Below are positions 18,342 to 27,657 of a DNA stretch of 64,000 nt, in pieces. Every line of letters begins with the position of its first letter. Position 1 is the stretch's first letter. A program made the translations under genes and the position numbers. Origin of the DNA: Bdellovibrionota bacterium (lineage in GTDB: Bacteria > Bdellovibrionota_C > UBA2361 > OMIW01); NCBI GenBank assembly GCA_044345055.1, contig JBIJBT010000001.1, forward strand, positions 1,956 through 65,955, given 5' to 3'. The notes under the pieces were generated by a model that was given only the letters and a program-made list of their open reading frames with translations, was not told the origin of the DNA and did no database searches.

Positions 18342-19568
18342 ATGATTAGTGTCGTTGCGAATCCGGTAATCGTTCTTTTTACGATCGGCGTTATCATCTT
18401 TATCCATGAGCTTGGCCATTTTTTATTGGCACGGTTCAATAAGGTGGACGTAATTGAATTTGCAATTGGCTTTGGTCCCCGTTTGTTCTCATGGACACAT
18501 GGCGGAACCATATACGCAATTCGGGCGATTCCTTTTGGGGGATTTGTTCGGATGAGTGGAGACGATCGGCTTCTTATGTCGGAGATAGCCGCGATAAAGT
18601 CTGGTGGAAAGCAGGAGCCAGCTGATAAGGCAACCGAAGAAAAGGCCGCGTTAAACGCTGATAATCAATCAATGGAGGGGCGTGATGAAGAGATTCGTGC
18701 GCTACTGGAACGCCCCGATGGATGGTTTCTCTCGAAGGGGTACTTCGCGAAAAGCGCAATCGTCATCGCAGGACCGCTATTTAATGTGGTGTTTGCCATA
18801 CTTTTGGCGATCGGATCTTTGGTAATCTACGGTGAAGCGGTGATGGAGGAGGGGCCGGTTATTGGGGATGTTCAGGCTGGACATCCAGCCGATAAAGCAG
18901 GAATCCGTCCAGGGGACCGTATAATTTCAATTAATGAAGCACCGATGTCGAGCTGGCAAGAGCTTGCATCGACTATTCGTGGCAGCGGTGGAAAAGAGCT
19001 AGAGTTTGTGATTGAACGAAAGGGAAAAGAGCTCGAGGAACCATCCTCAACTTTGACTGTTCGCGTTCAACCGTTACCTGATTCGGCTGAGCTTGAGGTT
19101 GTCACGGGAGCCGCTGCGAAGGGTCATGTTATCGGGATTATTCCCTCATTTACTTACAAGCCGATGGCGTTCGGTGATAGTGTTTTGGCTTCATGTGATC
19201 AGGTGTGGCGTTTGAGCGTTATGACTGCCCGCAGCTTTTGGGGACTCGTCTCTGGGAAATTATCGCGCAAACATGTGGGTGGGCCTATTCAAATGTTTCA
19301 GGAGGCATCACGCTCAGCGAAGCGGGGTGGAGGCTCTCTTCTCGGTTTTATGATATTCATCAACGTAACACTCGCTGTACTCAATCTTCTTCCGATTCCG
19401 ATACTCGATGGAGGCCATCTCCTCTTTTTCACCTATGAGGCGATTAAGGGTTCGACGATCTCGGTGGTTGCTTATCAGCGAATGACTGCGGTCGGGATGA
19501 TACTGATTATGAGCCTCATGCTGTTGGCTTTGACAAATGACATCGGAAGAGTTCTTGGATTCTATTAA
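18342..19568 (+). CDS. rseP: RIP metalloprotease RseP (site-2 protease, M50) with PDZ domain
   Basis: Intact HELGH in TM1 (IFIHELGHFLLAR). PDZ segment GDVQAGHPADKAGIRPGDRIISIN. C-terminal LNLLPIPILDGGHLL. Confidence 0.85.
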   Translation: MISVVANPVIVLFTIGVIIFIHELGHFLLARFNKVDVIEFAIGFGPRLFSWTHGGTIYAIRAIPFGGFVRMSGDDRLLMSEIAAIKSGGKQEPADKATEEKAALNADNQSMEGRDEEIRALLERPDGWFLSKGYFAKSAIVIAGPLFNVVFAILLAIGSLVIYGEAVMEEGPVIGDVQAGHPADKAGIRPGDRIISINEAPMSSWQELASTIRGSGGKELEFVIERKGKELEEPSSTLTVRVQPLPDSAELEVVTGAAAKGHVIGIIPSFTYKPMAFGDSVLASCDQVWRLSVMTARSFWGLVSGKLSRKHVGGPIQMFQEASRSAKRGGGSLLGFMIFINVTLAVLNLLPIPILDGGHLLFFTYEAIKGSTISVVAYQRMTAVGMILIMSLMLLALTNDIGRVLGFY

Positions 19569-20398
19569 TGGGTGGCGATAGCTTTCAGCGACAGGGAGAG
19601 AAGTATCTTTTCCTTGACTCGGCGGATGGGCCTCTTGAGCTCGGCATCGGGGATCCTAGCTCCAATACTCTGATTGCGCGGTGGAAGGGAGCAGCATCTG
19701 GCTCGACCGTTGAGGATCTGCAGGACGGATTAGCCGAGATGGTTGGAATCTGCGCTCCGTCTGGAATCGCCGGAATAATTATTGCGCAAGGCCCCGGATC
19801 TTTCACCGGTCTTCGTATCGGGTATAGCTTTGTTGTGGGGTTGGCGAGTGTTTGGGGTTGTCCGCTCATCGAGGTGCCTTCGCTTGATGCCTACGCGGCT
19901 GCTGTTCCCGCAGGGTGGGGAGTTGTGATCGGGGATGCGCGGAGGGGAGAGTATTTCTCCAAATGTTTCCTCTGGCGCGACGGATTGCTGCTCGGAGACG
20001 CGGAGCCCGTTATTCGCTCGCCACAAGAGATAGGAAAAGCACTTCGTGATTGGAGTGAGCAATCACCAGAGCTTTTCAGCTCAGGACAGCTATCTCCATT
20101 TGTTGTTGGAACTTGTGAGCTTCTCGGCTTCGGTGGTGATGGAGAGCGGAATGAGACTTTGCCGCCAACAAAAGAGCGTGAAGGGATAGATGCTCTTCTT
20201 GCGGAGTTACAATGCTCGTTTCCACTCATCAGCGGTAAAGACACAGTTCCAGTCTCATCGCGAGTAGGAGCGATGGCTTGCCTCTTGAGCCGAACAAGCC
20301 GCTCAGCCGAGCTGTATCCTCACCGACCTATTGAAACGGTCGCTCCCCTCTACGTTCGTTCGATTGCAGCAAAGACTGTTGCAGAGAGAACAAGATAG
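19568..20398 (+). CDS. tsaB: tRNA threonylcarbamoyladenosine biosynthesis protein TsaB (YeaZ), with ~50-aa C-terminal extension. Start overlaps the rseP stop (TAATG).
   Basis: YLFLDSADGPLELGIG...GIAGIIIAQGPGSFTGLRIGYSFVVGLASVWGCPLIEVPSLDAYA is the YeaZ/TsaB core. Confidence 0.75.
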   Translation: MGGDSFQRQGEKYLFLDSADGPLELGIGDPSSNTLIARWKGAASGSTVEDLQDGLAEMVGICAPSGIAGIIIAQGPGSFTGLRIGYSFVVGLASVWGCPLIEVPSLDAYAAAVPAGWGVVIGDARRGEYFSKCFLWRDGLLLGDAEPVIRSPQEIGKALRDWSEQSPELFSSGQLSPFVVGTCELLGFGGDGERNETLPPTKEREGIDALLAELQCSFPLISGKDTVPVSSRVGAMACLLSRTSRSAELYPHRPIETVAPLYVRSIAAKTVAERTR

Positions 20399-20461
20399 AA
20401 GGTGGACAAGATAAAAGGTGGAGAGACAATTAGGTGGAGAGGCGAGTAGGCATCTTGAGTG

Positions 20462-20707
20462 TTATGAAACCTCCCTCCAAGGGCAGTGGCGGCATCCGTT
20501 TCCGCAGCACGAGCCGCGATCGAGATGATATAGTTTTGTAAAGACGGTATAGCCGGTAGTCGGGTCGAGATAGCTTCGTTCTCCCCGTTCGCACGCGACG
20601 TCATGGAAATTAGAATAGCCGCGATCTTCTCCGTCACCAGGGTGATGGCTCGGATTTTTGTTAATCATATCTTTATTCAGTGAGTCGTTCATCCGGCCCA
20701 CAATCAT
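20462..20707 (-). CDS. Small cysteine-rich protein (DUF5522-like CCGNGCRHCPW motif)
   Basis: 81 aa ending YTVFTKLYHLDRGSCCGNGCRHCPWREVS. The Pfam family name is recalled from memory and not verified. Confidence 0.45.
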   Translation of the reverse strand: MIVGRMNDSLNKDMINKNPSHHPGDGEDRGYSNFHDVACERGERSYLDPTTGYTVFTKLYHLDRGSCCGNGCRHCPWREVS

Positions 20708-20722
20708 CGGCGATCCCCTTTA

Positions 20723-21157
20723 TCACTCGATTCGAACTAACGCATCACCAAGGGAGAGCTCTTGGCCGACCGCTACGAATACCTCCTTAATTATACCAGA
20801 TTTCGGCGCAGGAACTGTATTTTCCATCTTCATCGCCTCAATTACCGCCAAAGGAGCTCCAACCTCGACGTTTTGGCCGACAGTAACCAGAATAGCAGCG
20901 ACTAAACCGGGGAGGGGAGTCAAAATACGGTCTGGAGAAAAGGGTTGTTGAACAGAGCGCTGAGGAGCGGGAGCAGGTGCGACAGTTGATGTTGCTGCAG
21001 TTGATAGAACCTTTGCGCCCTCGTGAGGAAGCTCAGGATTAACCTCAACGGTATAACGCTCACCGCTGACCTCAAAGGTAATGCGCGGACCCGTTCGTTC
21101 AAGGAGAGTCGCTCGAACGGTTTTTTTACCAAGTTTAATAGAGTAGCTATGTTTCAC
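20723..21157 (-). CDS. Biotin carboxyl carrier subunit (biotin/lipoyl attachment domain, 1.3S/MmdC-like)
   Basis: Biotinylation motif EAMKMEN inside VGAPLAVIEAMKMENTVPAPKSGIIKEVFV. N-terminal SIKLGKKTVRATLLERTGPRITFEVSGERYTVEV resembles the small carrier subunits of transcarboxylase / Na-pumping decarboxylases. Confidence 0.8.
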   Translation of the reverse strand: MKHSYSIKLGKKTVRATLLERTGPRITFEVSGERYTVEVNPELPHEGAKVLSTAATSTVAPAPAPQRSVQQPFSPDRILTPLPGLVAAILVTVGQNVEVGAPLAVIEAMKMENTVPAPKSGIIKEVFVAVGQELSLGDALVRIE

Positions 21158-21506
21158 CGAGACCTCCGAGCTGTTTTTTCTTGCCTCTTAAAATCGGCCC
21201 CGCAGAGCGGCGATGGCTGATGCGTTTGCCCAACCAGAGCGATTATCCCTCTTCGATTCATCGAGAGAATCGGAGGTCGTTAATGCAAGAGTAACACCGA
21301 TAAGCGCAATTTCATCTATAGAGAGTGTTGAGTCATTGCATTCTATCATCACCGATGGAATATCATCGTCGCTGAACGAGACAGAATGTGGAACTGCTCG
21401 AGTGAAGAGGGGTTCCGTCTTCGGGGTGATTGGTGATTCCATGCAACCTCGTCGTGGTTCTAAGTCTTTGCAGAAAAAATATAAAGCGCTGGCTTTAGAA
21501 ATCTCT

Positions 21507-23048
21507 TCACAACGGAATATTTCCATGACGCTTTGGCGGATTACTAAGCCTCTTTCCACGAGTCATTGAAAAACCCTCTATTACGCGCTGTCGAGTATTT
21601 TCGGGAAGTATTACTGCATCGATAAATCCGAGTGCTGCGACCTGCCACGGATTTGCAAATTCACGCCGATATGAGGCAGCGAGCTCATCTCTCTTTTTTG
21701 TAAATTCGGCAGGATCGTTCATCTCATCAAGCTCTCGCTTGTGAAGGATATTTACCGCTCCTTCTGGGCCCATCACTGCGACCTCTGCGGTTGGGTAGGC
21801 GAGATTAATATCACCCCGAAGATGCTTTGAACTCATCACATCGTACGCACCCCCGTAAGCCTTTCTGGTGATGACGGTCACCTTTGGAACGGTTGCCTCT
21901 GCGTAGGCGTACAAAAGTTTTGCGCCGTGGCGGATAATTCCGCGATGCTCCTGATCAACTCCGGGCAAGAAGCCGGGAACATCAACAAGAGTCAAAAGCG
22001 GTATACCAAATGCATCACAAAAGCGGACAAAACGGGCAGCTTTTACACTCGCATCACAATCAAGACAGCCAGCAAGAACGGATGGCTGATTTGCTACTAC
22101 TCCAACTGGCCAGCCATCGAGCCGAATAAATCCAGTAATAATATTTTGCGCAAAGAGAGGTTGAGTCTCAAAAAAATAGTTATCATCCGCGATCTCTTTG
22201 ATGATGCCCTTCATGTCGTACGGTTTGTGAGGATTCTCAGGAATAATTGATGCTAGGAGCTGAGATTCCCTATCAACGAGATCGCCCGTTGGTTTGCGGA
22301 TTACACCATCGGTGTTGTTTTGGGGGATAAAGGAGAGAAGCTCCCGAGTGTAGGCGATAATATCTTCATCACTAGGTGCTGAAAGATGGGCTATACCGCT
22401 GATTGCGCTGTGAGGATAAGCACCGCCGAGATGCTCCTTTGTTACCTCCTCCTTGGTTACCGCTTTGATAACTTCGGGACCGGTGATAAACATGTAGCTG
22501 TGGCTTTCAATCATCAACACAAAGTCGGTGATAGCCGGTGAATACACAGCTCCTCCCGCGCATGGGCCCATTATAAGCGAGAGCTGTGGTACAACTCCGG
22601 ATGCGAGGGTGTTTCTCAGGAAGATATCTGCGTACCCTGCTAGGCTCTCAACTCCCTCCTGAATGCGGGCTCCTCCCGAATCGTTAAGGCCGATAATTGG
22701 GCATCCCGTTTGAACGGCAAGATCCATGACCTTGCAGATTTTTTTGGCGTGCATCGTCGCGAGCGACCCACCGAAAACTGTAAAATCCTGTGCAAAAAGG
22801 AATACCTGTCTTCCGTCAATTAATCCACGACCTGTAATTACACCATCACCAAAAAATGATTCCCCTCCATGCGATGATTGGTTCGAAGCGAGCTGATCGA
22901 ATTCGACAAATGAGCCTGGATCGACGAGCAGTAAAATTCGCTCACGCGCGGTAAGCTTTCCCGCGGAGTGTTGTTTTGCCACCCGCTCAACACCACCACC
23001 CTCGAGCGCGCGTTGCGTTTTTTCGAGTAACTCTTCTCGGAGCGTCAT
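21507..23048 (-). CDS. Acyl-CoA carboxyltransferase (propionyl-CoA carboxylase beta / methylmalonyl-CoA decarboxylase alpha family)
   Basis: 513 aa, two crotonase-like CT halves. LTARERILLLVDPGSFVEF at the N-terminus. GGAY...RKAYGGAYDVMSSKHLRGDINLAYPTAEVAVMG at the C-terminus. Confidence 0.85.
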   Translation of the reverse strand: MTLREELLEKTQRALEGGGVERVAKQHSAGKLTARERILLLVDPGSFVEFDQLASNQSSHGGESFFGDGVITGRGLIDGRQVFLFAQDFTVFGGSLATMHAKKICKVMDLAVQTGCPIIGLNDSGGARIQEGVESLAGYADIFLRNTLASGVVPQLSLIMGPCAGGAVYSPAITDFVLMIESHSYMFITGPEVIKAVTKEEVTKEHLGGAYPHSAISGIAHLSAPSDEDIIAYTRELLSFIPQNNTDGVIRKPTGDLVDRESQLLASIIPENPHKPYDMKGIIKEIADDNYFFETQPLFAQNIITGFIRLDGWPVGVVANQPSVLAGCLDCDASVKAARFVRFCDAFGIPLLTLVDVPGFLPGVDQEHRGIIRHGAKLLYAYAEATVPKVTVITRKAYGGAYDVMSSKHLRGDINLAYPTAEVAVMGPEGAVNILHKRELDEMNDPAEFTKKRDELAASYRREFANPWQVAALGFIDAVILPENTRQRVIEGFSMTRGKRLSNPPKRHGNIPL

Positions 23049-23106
23049 GATATTAACCTTCGTTTTAGATAATGCATCACCCTTTTAGATGCCTTCGGGA
23101 AATGAG

Positions 23107-23673
23107 CTAAAAAGATTCCATATCCTTTGGCGGTTTCGGAGCTGGAAGCTCGGGAGGTGCCTGTTCTTCGAGCGTTACGATCTTCTTTGCAAGTCTGTCG
23201 AGCGCAGAATCAAAGAGTAGCGGATCGAGCTCTCGGTGCGTTTGGAGGAGATGGAGCGCCTCACGCGGTCGGCCACGCTGCTCAAACCAGTTCGCAAATG
23301 AACGCCACCGATCCGCAATAAGAGTTGCATCAACTCCCTTTTCCTGAGCCTCTGTCAGAGCTCTTTCAGCTCCCTCAATGTTGTTGCGCGCCAGTTCAAT
23401 ATCAACAATTAGCATGAGGTAAAAATGCGGATTCTCCCACGACGGCCTATCCTTTACCGCCAAACGGCGCTCGATATGTGCTCTATAGCCCGCGATCGCT
23501 TGATCGTAGTTTTTAAGACGAAGCTGCTCTTCTGCTTCACTCAGATTAAGCGATCCACGTCCGTAGCTACATCCGAACAAAATTATGGGAAGCAGTAGCG
23601 TTGTCGCGATGCTGATGACACTATTTTGTTGGTGGCTAGTTTTTATACTTTTTTGGGGTAGCATAAGAACCAT
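23107..23673 (-). CDS. Lipoprotein with TPR-like helical repeats
   Basis: Signal peptide with lipobox LFGC. NYDQAIAGYRAHIERR and LARNNIEGAERALTEA are TPR-like. Confidence 0.5.
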   Translation of the reverse strand: MVLMLPQKSIKTSHQQNSVISIATTLLLPIILFGCSYGRGSLNLSEAEEQLRLKNYDQAIAGYRAHIERRLAVKDRPSWENPHFYLMLIVDIELARNNIEGAERALTEAQEKGVDATLIADRWRSFANWFEQRGRPREALHLLQTHRELDPLLFDSALDRLAKKIVTLEEQAPPELPAPKPPKDMESF

Positions 23674-23728
23674 AACTGAAAATGTTTTTTAAGAAAGGTT
23701 TTATCAGTTATCAAAGCAATAACGTTCA

Positions 23729-24598
23729 CTAATGGGAAGTAGAAGTCCGTTCAGAATCTCCTCCCTGACAAAGCCACGCAAGATACTCTTCCGAAGACAT
23801 CGCTTTTGACTCGTTCGGGGAACGCCATCGTTTGTGAATCCATACCCATTGCTCTGGATACTGCCGAACGAGCTCCTCGAGATGGGCGTGATACTGCTCA
23901 AGGACTCGCTGGATCGAAGTCCTATCGGTAATTTCGCGAATACTTACCCGATACGCAAGAGGACCAGTGCGAACAAGGAAGCTTGAAACAAGTGCTACAT
24001 CATTTCGGAGAGCTATTTCAACAAGGGTCGTCGGGGTCTTTGCAGGATGGCCAAAAAAAGGAACCCATGCACTGCGCACCGTCGTATCTTGATCGATGAG
24101 CGCCGCGATAACCCCGCCCTTTGAAAGGATGCGGGCGATCTCTCTACCTCCGGCGACACCGGTTCGCCACAACATTGTAACGCCCGAGTTGTCACGGAGC
24201 CGCTTGACGAGCTGTTGGAGAAAAGGGCTTTTAGTCTCGCGGCCAATCGCGTGAAGGGGCACCCCTTTGGTGCGAGTATATGCAGCGAAAAGGTCCCAGT
24301 TGCCGAGATGTCCAGTTAGCGCAACAATTCCTGAGCCAGCGGCCCGAAGCCTTTCCACTATATGCCAGTCATCACAAACAACCGATGCGTGCTTGAGGAG
24401 TGGTTGACTGAGTACAGCCTCAGCGAACGACCTTCCCAAATGATCATACATCCGTTTTATCGTTTCCGTCCGTGCGTTGGGGAGAAAACGTGCAAGCTGC
24501 CGTTGGGCAATAGCGCGTTCTTTGAGCGGTAAATAATACGCAAGGATGCCGAGCCGCCCGCCGAGCCCTATCGCGCATGAGATAATAAATTTTATCAT
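23729..24598 (-). CDS. Lipid A biosynthesis (Kdo2-lipid IVA) late acyltransferase, LpxL/HtrB family
   Basis: 289 aa. N-terminal membrane anchor then HLGNWD-type HX4D acyltransferase motif (ALTGHLGNWDLFAAY) and PFFGHPAKTPTTLVEIALR, typical of LpxL/LpxM/HtrB. Confidence 0.7.
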   Translation of the reverse strand: MIKFIISCAIGLGGRLGILAYYLPLKERAIAQRQLARFLPNARTETIKRMYDHLGRSFAEAVLSQPLLKHASVVCDDWHIVERLRAAGSGIVALTGHLGNWDLFAAYTRTKGVPLHAIGRETKSPFLQQLVKRLRDNSGVTMLWRTGVAGGREIARILSKGGVIAALIDQDTTVRSAWVPFFGHPAKTPTTLVEIALRNDVALVSSFLVRTGPLAYRVSIREITDRTSIQRVLEQYHAHLEELVRQYPEQWVWIHKRWRSPNESKAMSSEEYLAWLCQGGDSERTSTSH

Positions 24599-24685
24599 AG
24601 CGGCTCCTTGGCGGTGCGGATATGACGATAGTTTAACGAGGATGATTGTGAAGAAAATGGCTCTGGAGGTTTACCCCCTTTCCGA

Positions 24686-25927
24686 TTAACCATCAAACGG
24701 TGTGAGTGGGGACTCGTCATCGGGGGGTTCCTCTTTGTGGAGGGCGCCAACGATAAGCACATCGCTTAGGCTACCCGGCAGAATAATTCCCTCAAAATTG
24801 TTTTCAGAGGCAACCACAACCGCAGCACCCTCTGATGAACCCACTGCAAGGATATCTGAAACTGGGGTATCCGGATTCACCACATGTGCTGGAGGCGATG
24901 CTATTTCAGTTACGTACTGCTCCTCGTGATCTGCCCGAGCCGCCGCAGCAAGAAGAGTACGACGATCGACAAGTCCAACGACCCGGCCCTGCAGAATGAC
25001 CGGAAAAACATCCTGAAATGATGATCGAGCCGTCCGGAGAGCAGAAGTTACGGTAACTCCGTGAGTAAAAAAGTCCACTCTATTTGCCGGACGCATAACC
25101 TCTTTTGCCTGCAAACCTGAAGCTGCAAGAAGAGCGGTCTCCTCCATCGCGATGTGTATGGACGCAGCAAGGATCATTAGACACACGAGGAAAAGAGAAA
25201 AGGGTCCCCACCAAAGACAAAAAAGAGCTACGCCCATCGTGATTAGTTGCCCCGAGCGGATTAAACCAAGCGATGAGAGCGAAACTGCTCCCGGTTTTTG
25301 AGGCATCCACTGACGGAATACGCGCCCCATGTCGAGCGGCTCGAGCGGAAGGAGATTAAGAAGTCCGAGAGCAGCCTGTATTACAAAAAGGTGCATTATC
25401 GGGTCTTGCGCAAACGGAAGAGCGGGCCGGGACTTTGAACCGATGAAGAGTGTATACAGGAGTGATGCGGCGATAAGGTGCACAAAGCTGGGCATTAGAT
25501 GATACGCGACCGCTCTTACTTTTGAGGAGGATACCGGAGGAAGCACTTTCCCTCTTGAAAGCCCCATTTCACCAAACGGCATCAGAATAACTTCGCGGGA
25601 GAAATCAGGGATACCGGTTAATCTCCCCACGGCAAGGTGCAAGAGGAGATGAATAATCAGCGATGCAACAACGGCAAGTCCAAAGAGAAGGGTCTGCTGG
25701 CCCGAGAAATTCGATTCTCCCGCTATAACAAGCACTAGGAATACAACCGAGAGGTTAAGACCAATCGAGGTGCCAGCAATCGATCCAAGAGGAATGGAGG
25801 GTAACGGAATTCTCATGCGTATATCGTACCGAAATATGAGAAACGAAACAATCAGGAGGAATAGAGTTGAAGGTAGACCTCGGATAGGAATTATATGATT
25901 TTTGGGCGAATTGTTTATTAAATTCAT
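24686..25927 (-). CDS. Site-2 protease (M50) family membrane protein with C-terminal CBS-domain pair; catalytic HExxH degenerated to HLLLH (predicted non-proteolytic)
   Basis: TM helix ASLIIHLLLHLAVGRLTGIP where M50 enzymes have HELGH. Second zinc-ligand motif retained (LNLLPLEPLDMG). C-terminal CBS pair (ASPPAHVVNPDTPVSDILAV...VVVASENNFEGIILPGSLSDVLIV). Confidence 0.65.
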   Translation of the reverse strand: MNLINNSPKNHIIPIRGLPSTLFLLIVSFLIFRYDIRMRIPLPSIPLGSIAGTSIGLNLSVVFLVLVIAGESNFSGQQTLLFGLAVVASLIIHLLLHLAVGRLTGIPDFSREVILMPFGEMGLSRGKVLPPVSSSKVRAVAYHLMPSFVHLIAASLLYTLFIGSKSRPALPFAQDPIMHLFVIQAALGLLNLLPLEPLDMGRVFRQWMPQKPGAVSLSSLGLIRSGQLITMGVALFCLWWGPFSLFLVCLMILAASIHIAMEETALLAASGLQAKEVMRPANRVDFFTHGVTVTSALRTARSSFQDVFPVILQGRVVGLVDRRTLLAAAARADHEEQYVTEIASPPAHVVNPDTPVSDILAVGSSEGAAVVVASENNFEGIILPGSLSDVLIVGALHKEEPPDDESPLTPFDG

Positions 25928-26158
25928 TGAGTAAAAAACGGGTGGTGGCTGGGTCGGAATAAAGAGTTTGATCAGTCCATCTCCTGTTCCAAAAATGGCC
26001 CTTTTTAGCGGTTTTTTCTCTATTGACCCATTTATTCATACTGACTAATTAGAGGGTGGAAGCAGCTTCTCGAAAAGAATTGTTCCGCACAGTTGTAGTG
26101 GTTCTCGATGGAGCTGTATTCCGGTCGTTTAACCAACCTACATCGTACAGGAGGCATT

Positions 26159-26653
26159 ATGAGGCTTCGTGATTTGGTACCGTGGAGAGAGGAATCAAAG
26201 GGGCTGATGCGGTTAGATCCAGTTACCCGATTGCAATCAGAGATAAATCATCTATTTGAGGGTTTTATGCCGGGATTTTCGACCGATCTGCCTTCGGCAT
26301 TAACGGAGGGTCGTACTCGTTACTCTCCTCGAATCGATCTCAAAGAGAGCGATAAGGAGCTGATTGTTCGGTGTGAATTGCCCGGGATGTCAGAGAAAGA
26401 GATCGATATCTCACTTGGTGATGATTACCTCACCATCAAAGGGGAAAAACGTTATGAAGAGGAGAAGGTCGAAGGGGAGGTGACTTACCACGAAACAGCC
26501 TATGGGCGATTCGAGCGTGTTATACCCCTTGCATATGCGATTAATCAGGAGGCGATTGATTGTACTCTTCGTCACGGCGTGTTGCGGATTGTGCTCCCGA
26601 AAAAACCGGGTGCAGAAAAAGGAGTTCGCAAGGTTTCAATCCGTGCGGCATAG
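26159..26653 (+). CDS. Hsp20/alpha-crystallin family small heat-shock protein. The ATG at 26159 is preceded by AGGAGG; the ORF-track start at 26108 is probably upstream of the true start.
   Basis: Alpha-crystallin domain RIDLKESDKELIVRCELPGMSEKEIDISLGDDYLTIKGEK...FERVIPLAYAINQEAIDCTLRHGVLRIVLPK. Confidence 0.8.
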   Translation: MRLRDLVPWREESKGLMRLDPVTRLQSEINHLFEGFMPGFSTDLPSALTEGRTRYSPRIDLKESDKELIVRCELPGMSEKEIDISLGDDYLTIKGEKRYEEEKVEGEVTYHETAYGRFERVIPLAYAINQEAIDCTLRHGVLRIVLPKKPGAEKGVRKVSIRAA

Positions 26654-26800
26654 ATTGCAAGTGCTTCCGCAGTTAATCGTGAGTGCCAACTAAGCACGAG
26701 CATAGCAAAATGTAGTGGCAGCGCAGGGGGAGGAGAGGAGACTCTTCACTTCCTTTGCGCGAGCGTGAGAAAAAAAACGGAATTGCTTTTTGCTTTACCC

Positions 26801-27481
26801 TCAATGATGCCCATGCACCATGGGCACAAATCGAACAGAGGAGAGGTTTTGGCGAGTGAAGGGGGGGAGCCCGTTTGGATCGAGCGGTTCGTGTGCGCGC
26901 TTTGTGATAAGGGCGAGCTGCTGCCAATCACTCGCAGTGCTATCTTCCTCGTCACTGAGCGGAATTATCATCCGAGCACCGCTCTTCATCTGTCTGAGAA
27001 GGGATGGAGCAAGTCGCTCCGCCGCACACGCAACATTTATTGCATCATATGGAGCGTACTCGCCCCATCCGTCCCACCCGTCACCACAGCGGACATATAC
27101 ATTGTCGCACTGTGCAGCTCTCAGCGCAGCTCGCGAGCGCTCAACCGCATGGGGCAGCACCTCTACACCATATACGGTACGACAAAGACGGGACATAACT
27201 GCGGCGTGGTATCCACTTCCGCTTCCGATATCAAGAACGACATCATTTGGCCTAAGATCTAGCCATTGAATCATCAAGCCCACTAATCCAGGCTCCGAAA
27301 GGGTGTATCCATCAAGAGAAATCACCGCAGTATCATACGCCCGCGAACGGAACGATGGTGGTACAAATAACGCTCGATCCACCGAGGCCATAGCTCTAAT
27401 AACCCGCTCATCGGTCAGTCGCGGCGTTTCTCGAAGAATAGAGGAGATAAAAGTGGAGTTTCGCTCAGATGTGGTATTCAT
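26801..27481 (-). CDS. pcm: Protein-L-isoaspartate O-methyltransferase
   Basis: VIRAMASVDRALFVP...VLDIGSGSGYHAAVMSRL...YDAINVACAAERLAPSLLRQMKSGARMIIPL. Confidence 0.85.
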   Translation of the reverse strand: MNTTSERNSTFISSILRETPRLTDERVIRAMASVDRALFVPPSFRSRAYDTAVISLDGYTLSEPGLVGLMIQWLDLRPNDVVLDIGSGSGYHAAVMSRLCRTVYGVEVLPHAVERSRAALRAAQCDNVYVRCGDGWDGWGEYAPYDAINVACAAERLAPSLLRQMKSGARMIIPLSDEEDSTASDWQQLALITKRAHEPLDPNGLPPFTRQNLSSVRFVPMVHGHH

Positions 27482-27657
27482 GGCTGCCTCACAGATGTAT
27501 TCACGCGCGGTTGATGGCGACCGGCAGATGGCTTTTATCCAGAGGAAAAGACCTGATTGTAGGGGCAGTATACGAACGAGTGAGAATAAGCGGGAGGGTG
27601 AAAGTGATTAATATTTTTTGGAAACATACTGCTCCCAAAAAAGCTTGAGCTTATAAA

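Noticed and set aside
21188-21559. 123-aa minus-strand ORF between carboxyltransferase and biotin carrier, as a candidate Na+-decarboxylase delta subunit
   Set aside because: It overlaps the carboxyltransferase 3' end by 52 nt and has no 20-residue hydrophobic anchor (only IALIGVTLALTT). An equally long antisense ORF (21213-21569) exists. I treat the spacer as non-coding or uncertain.
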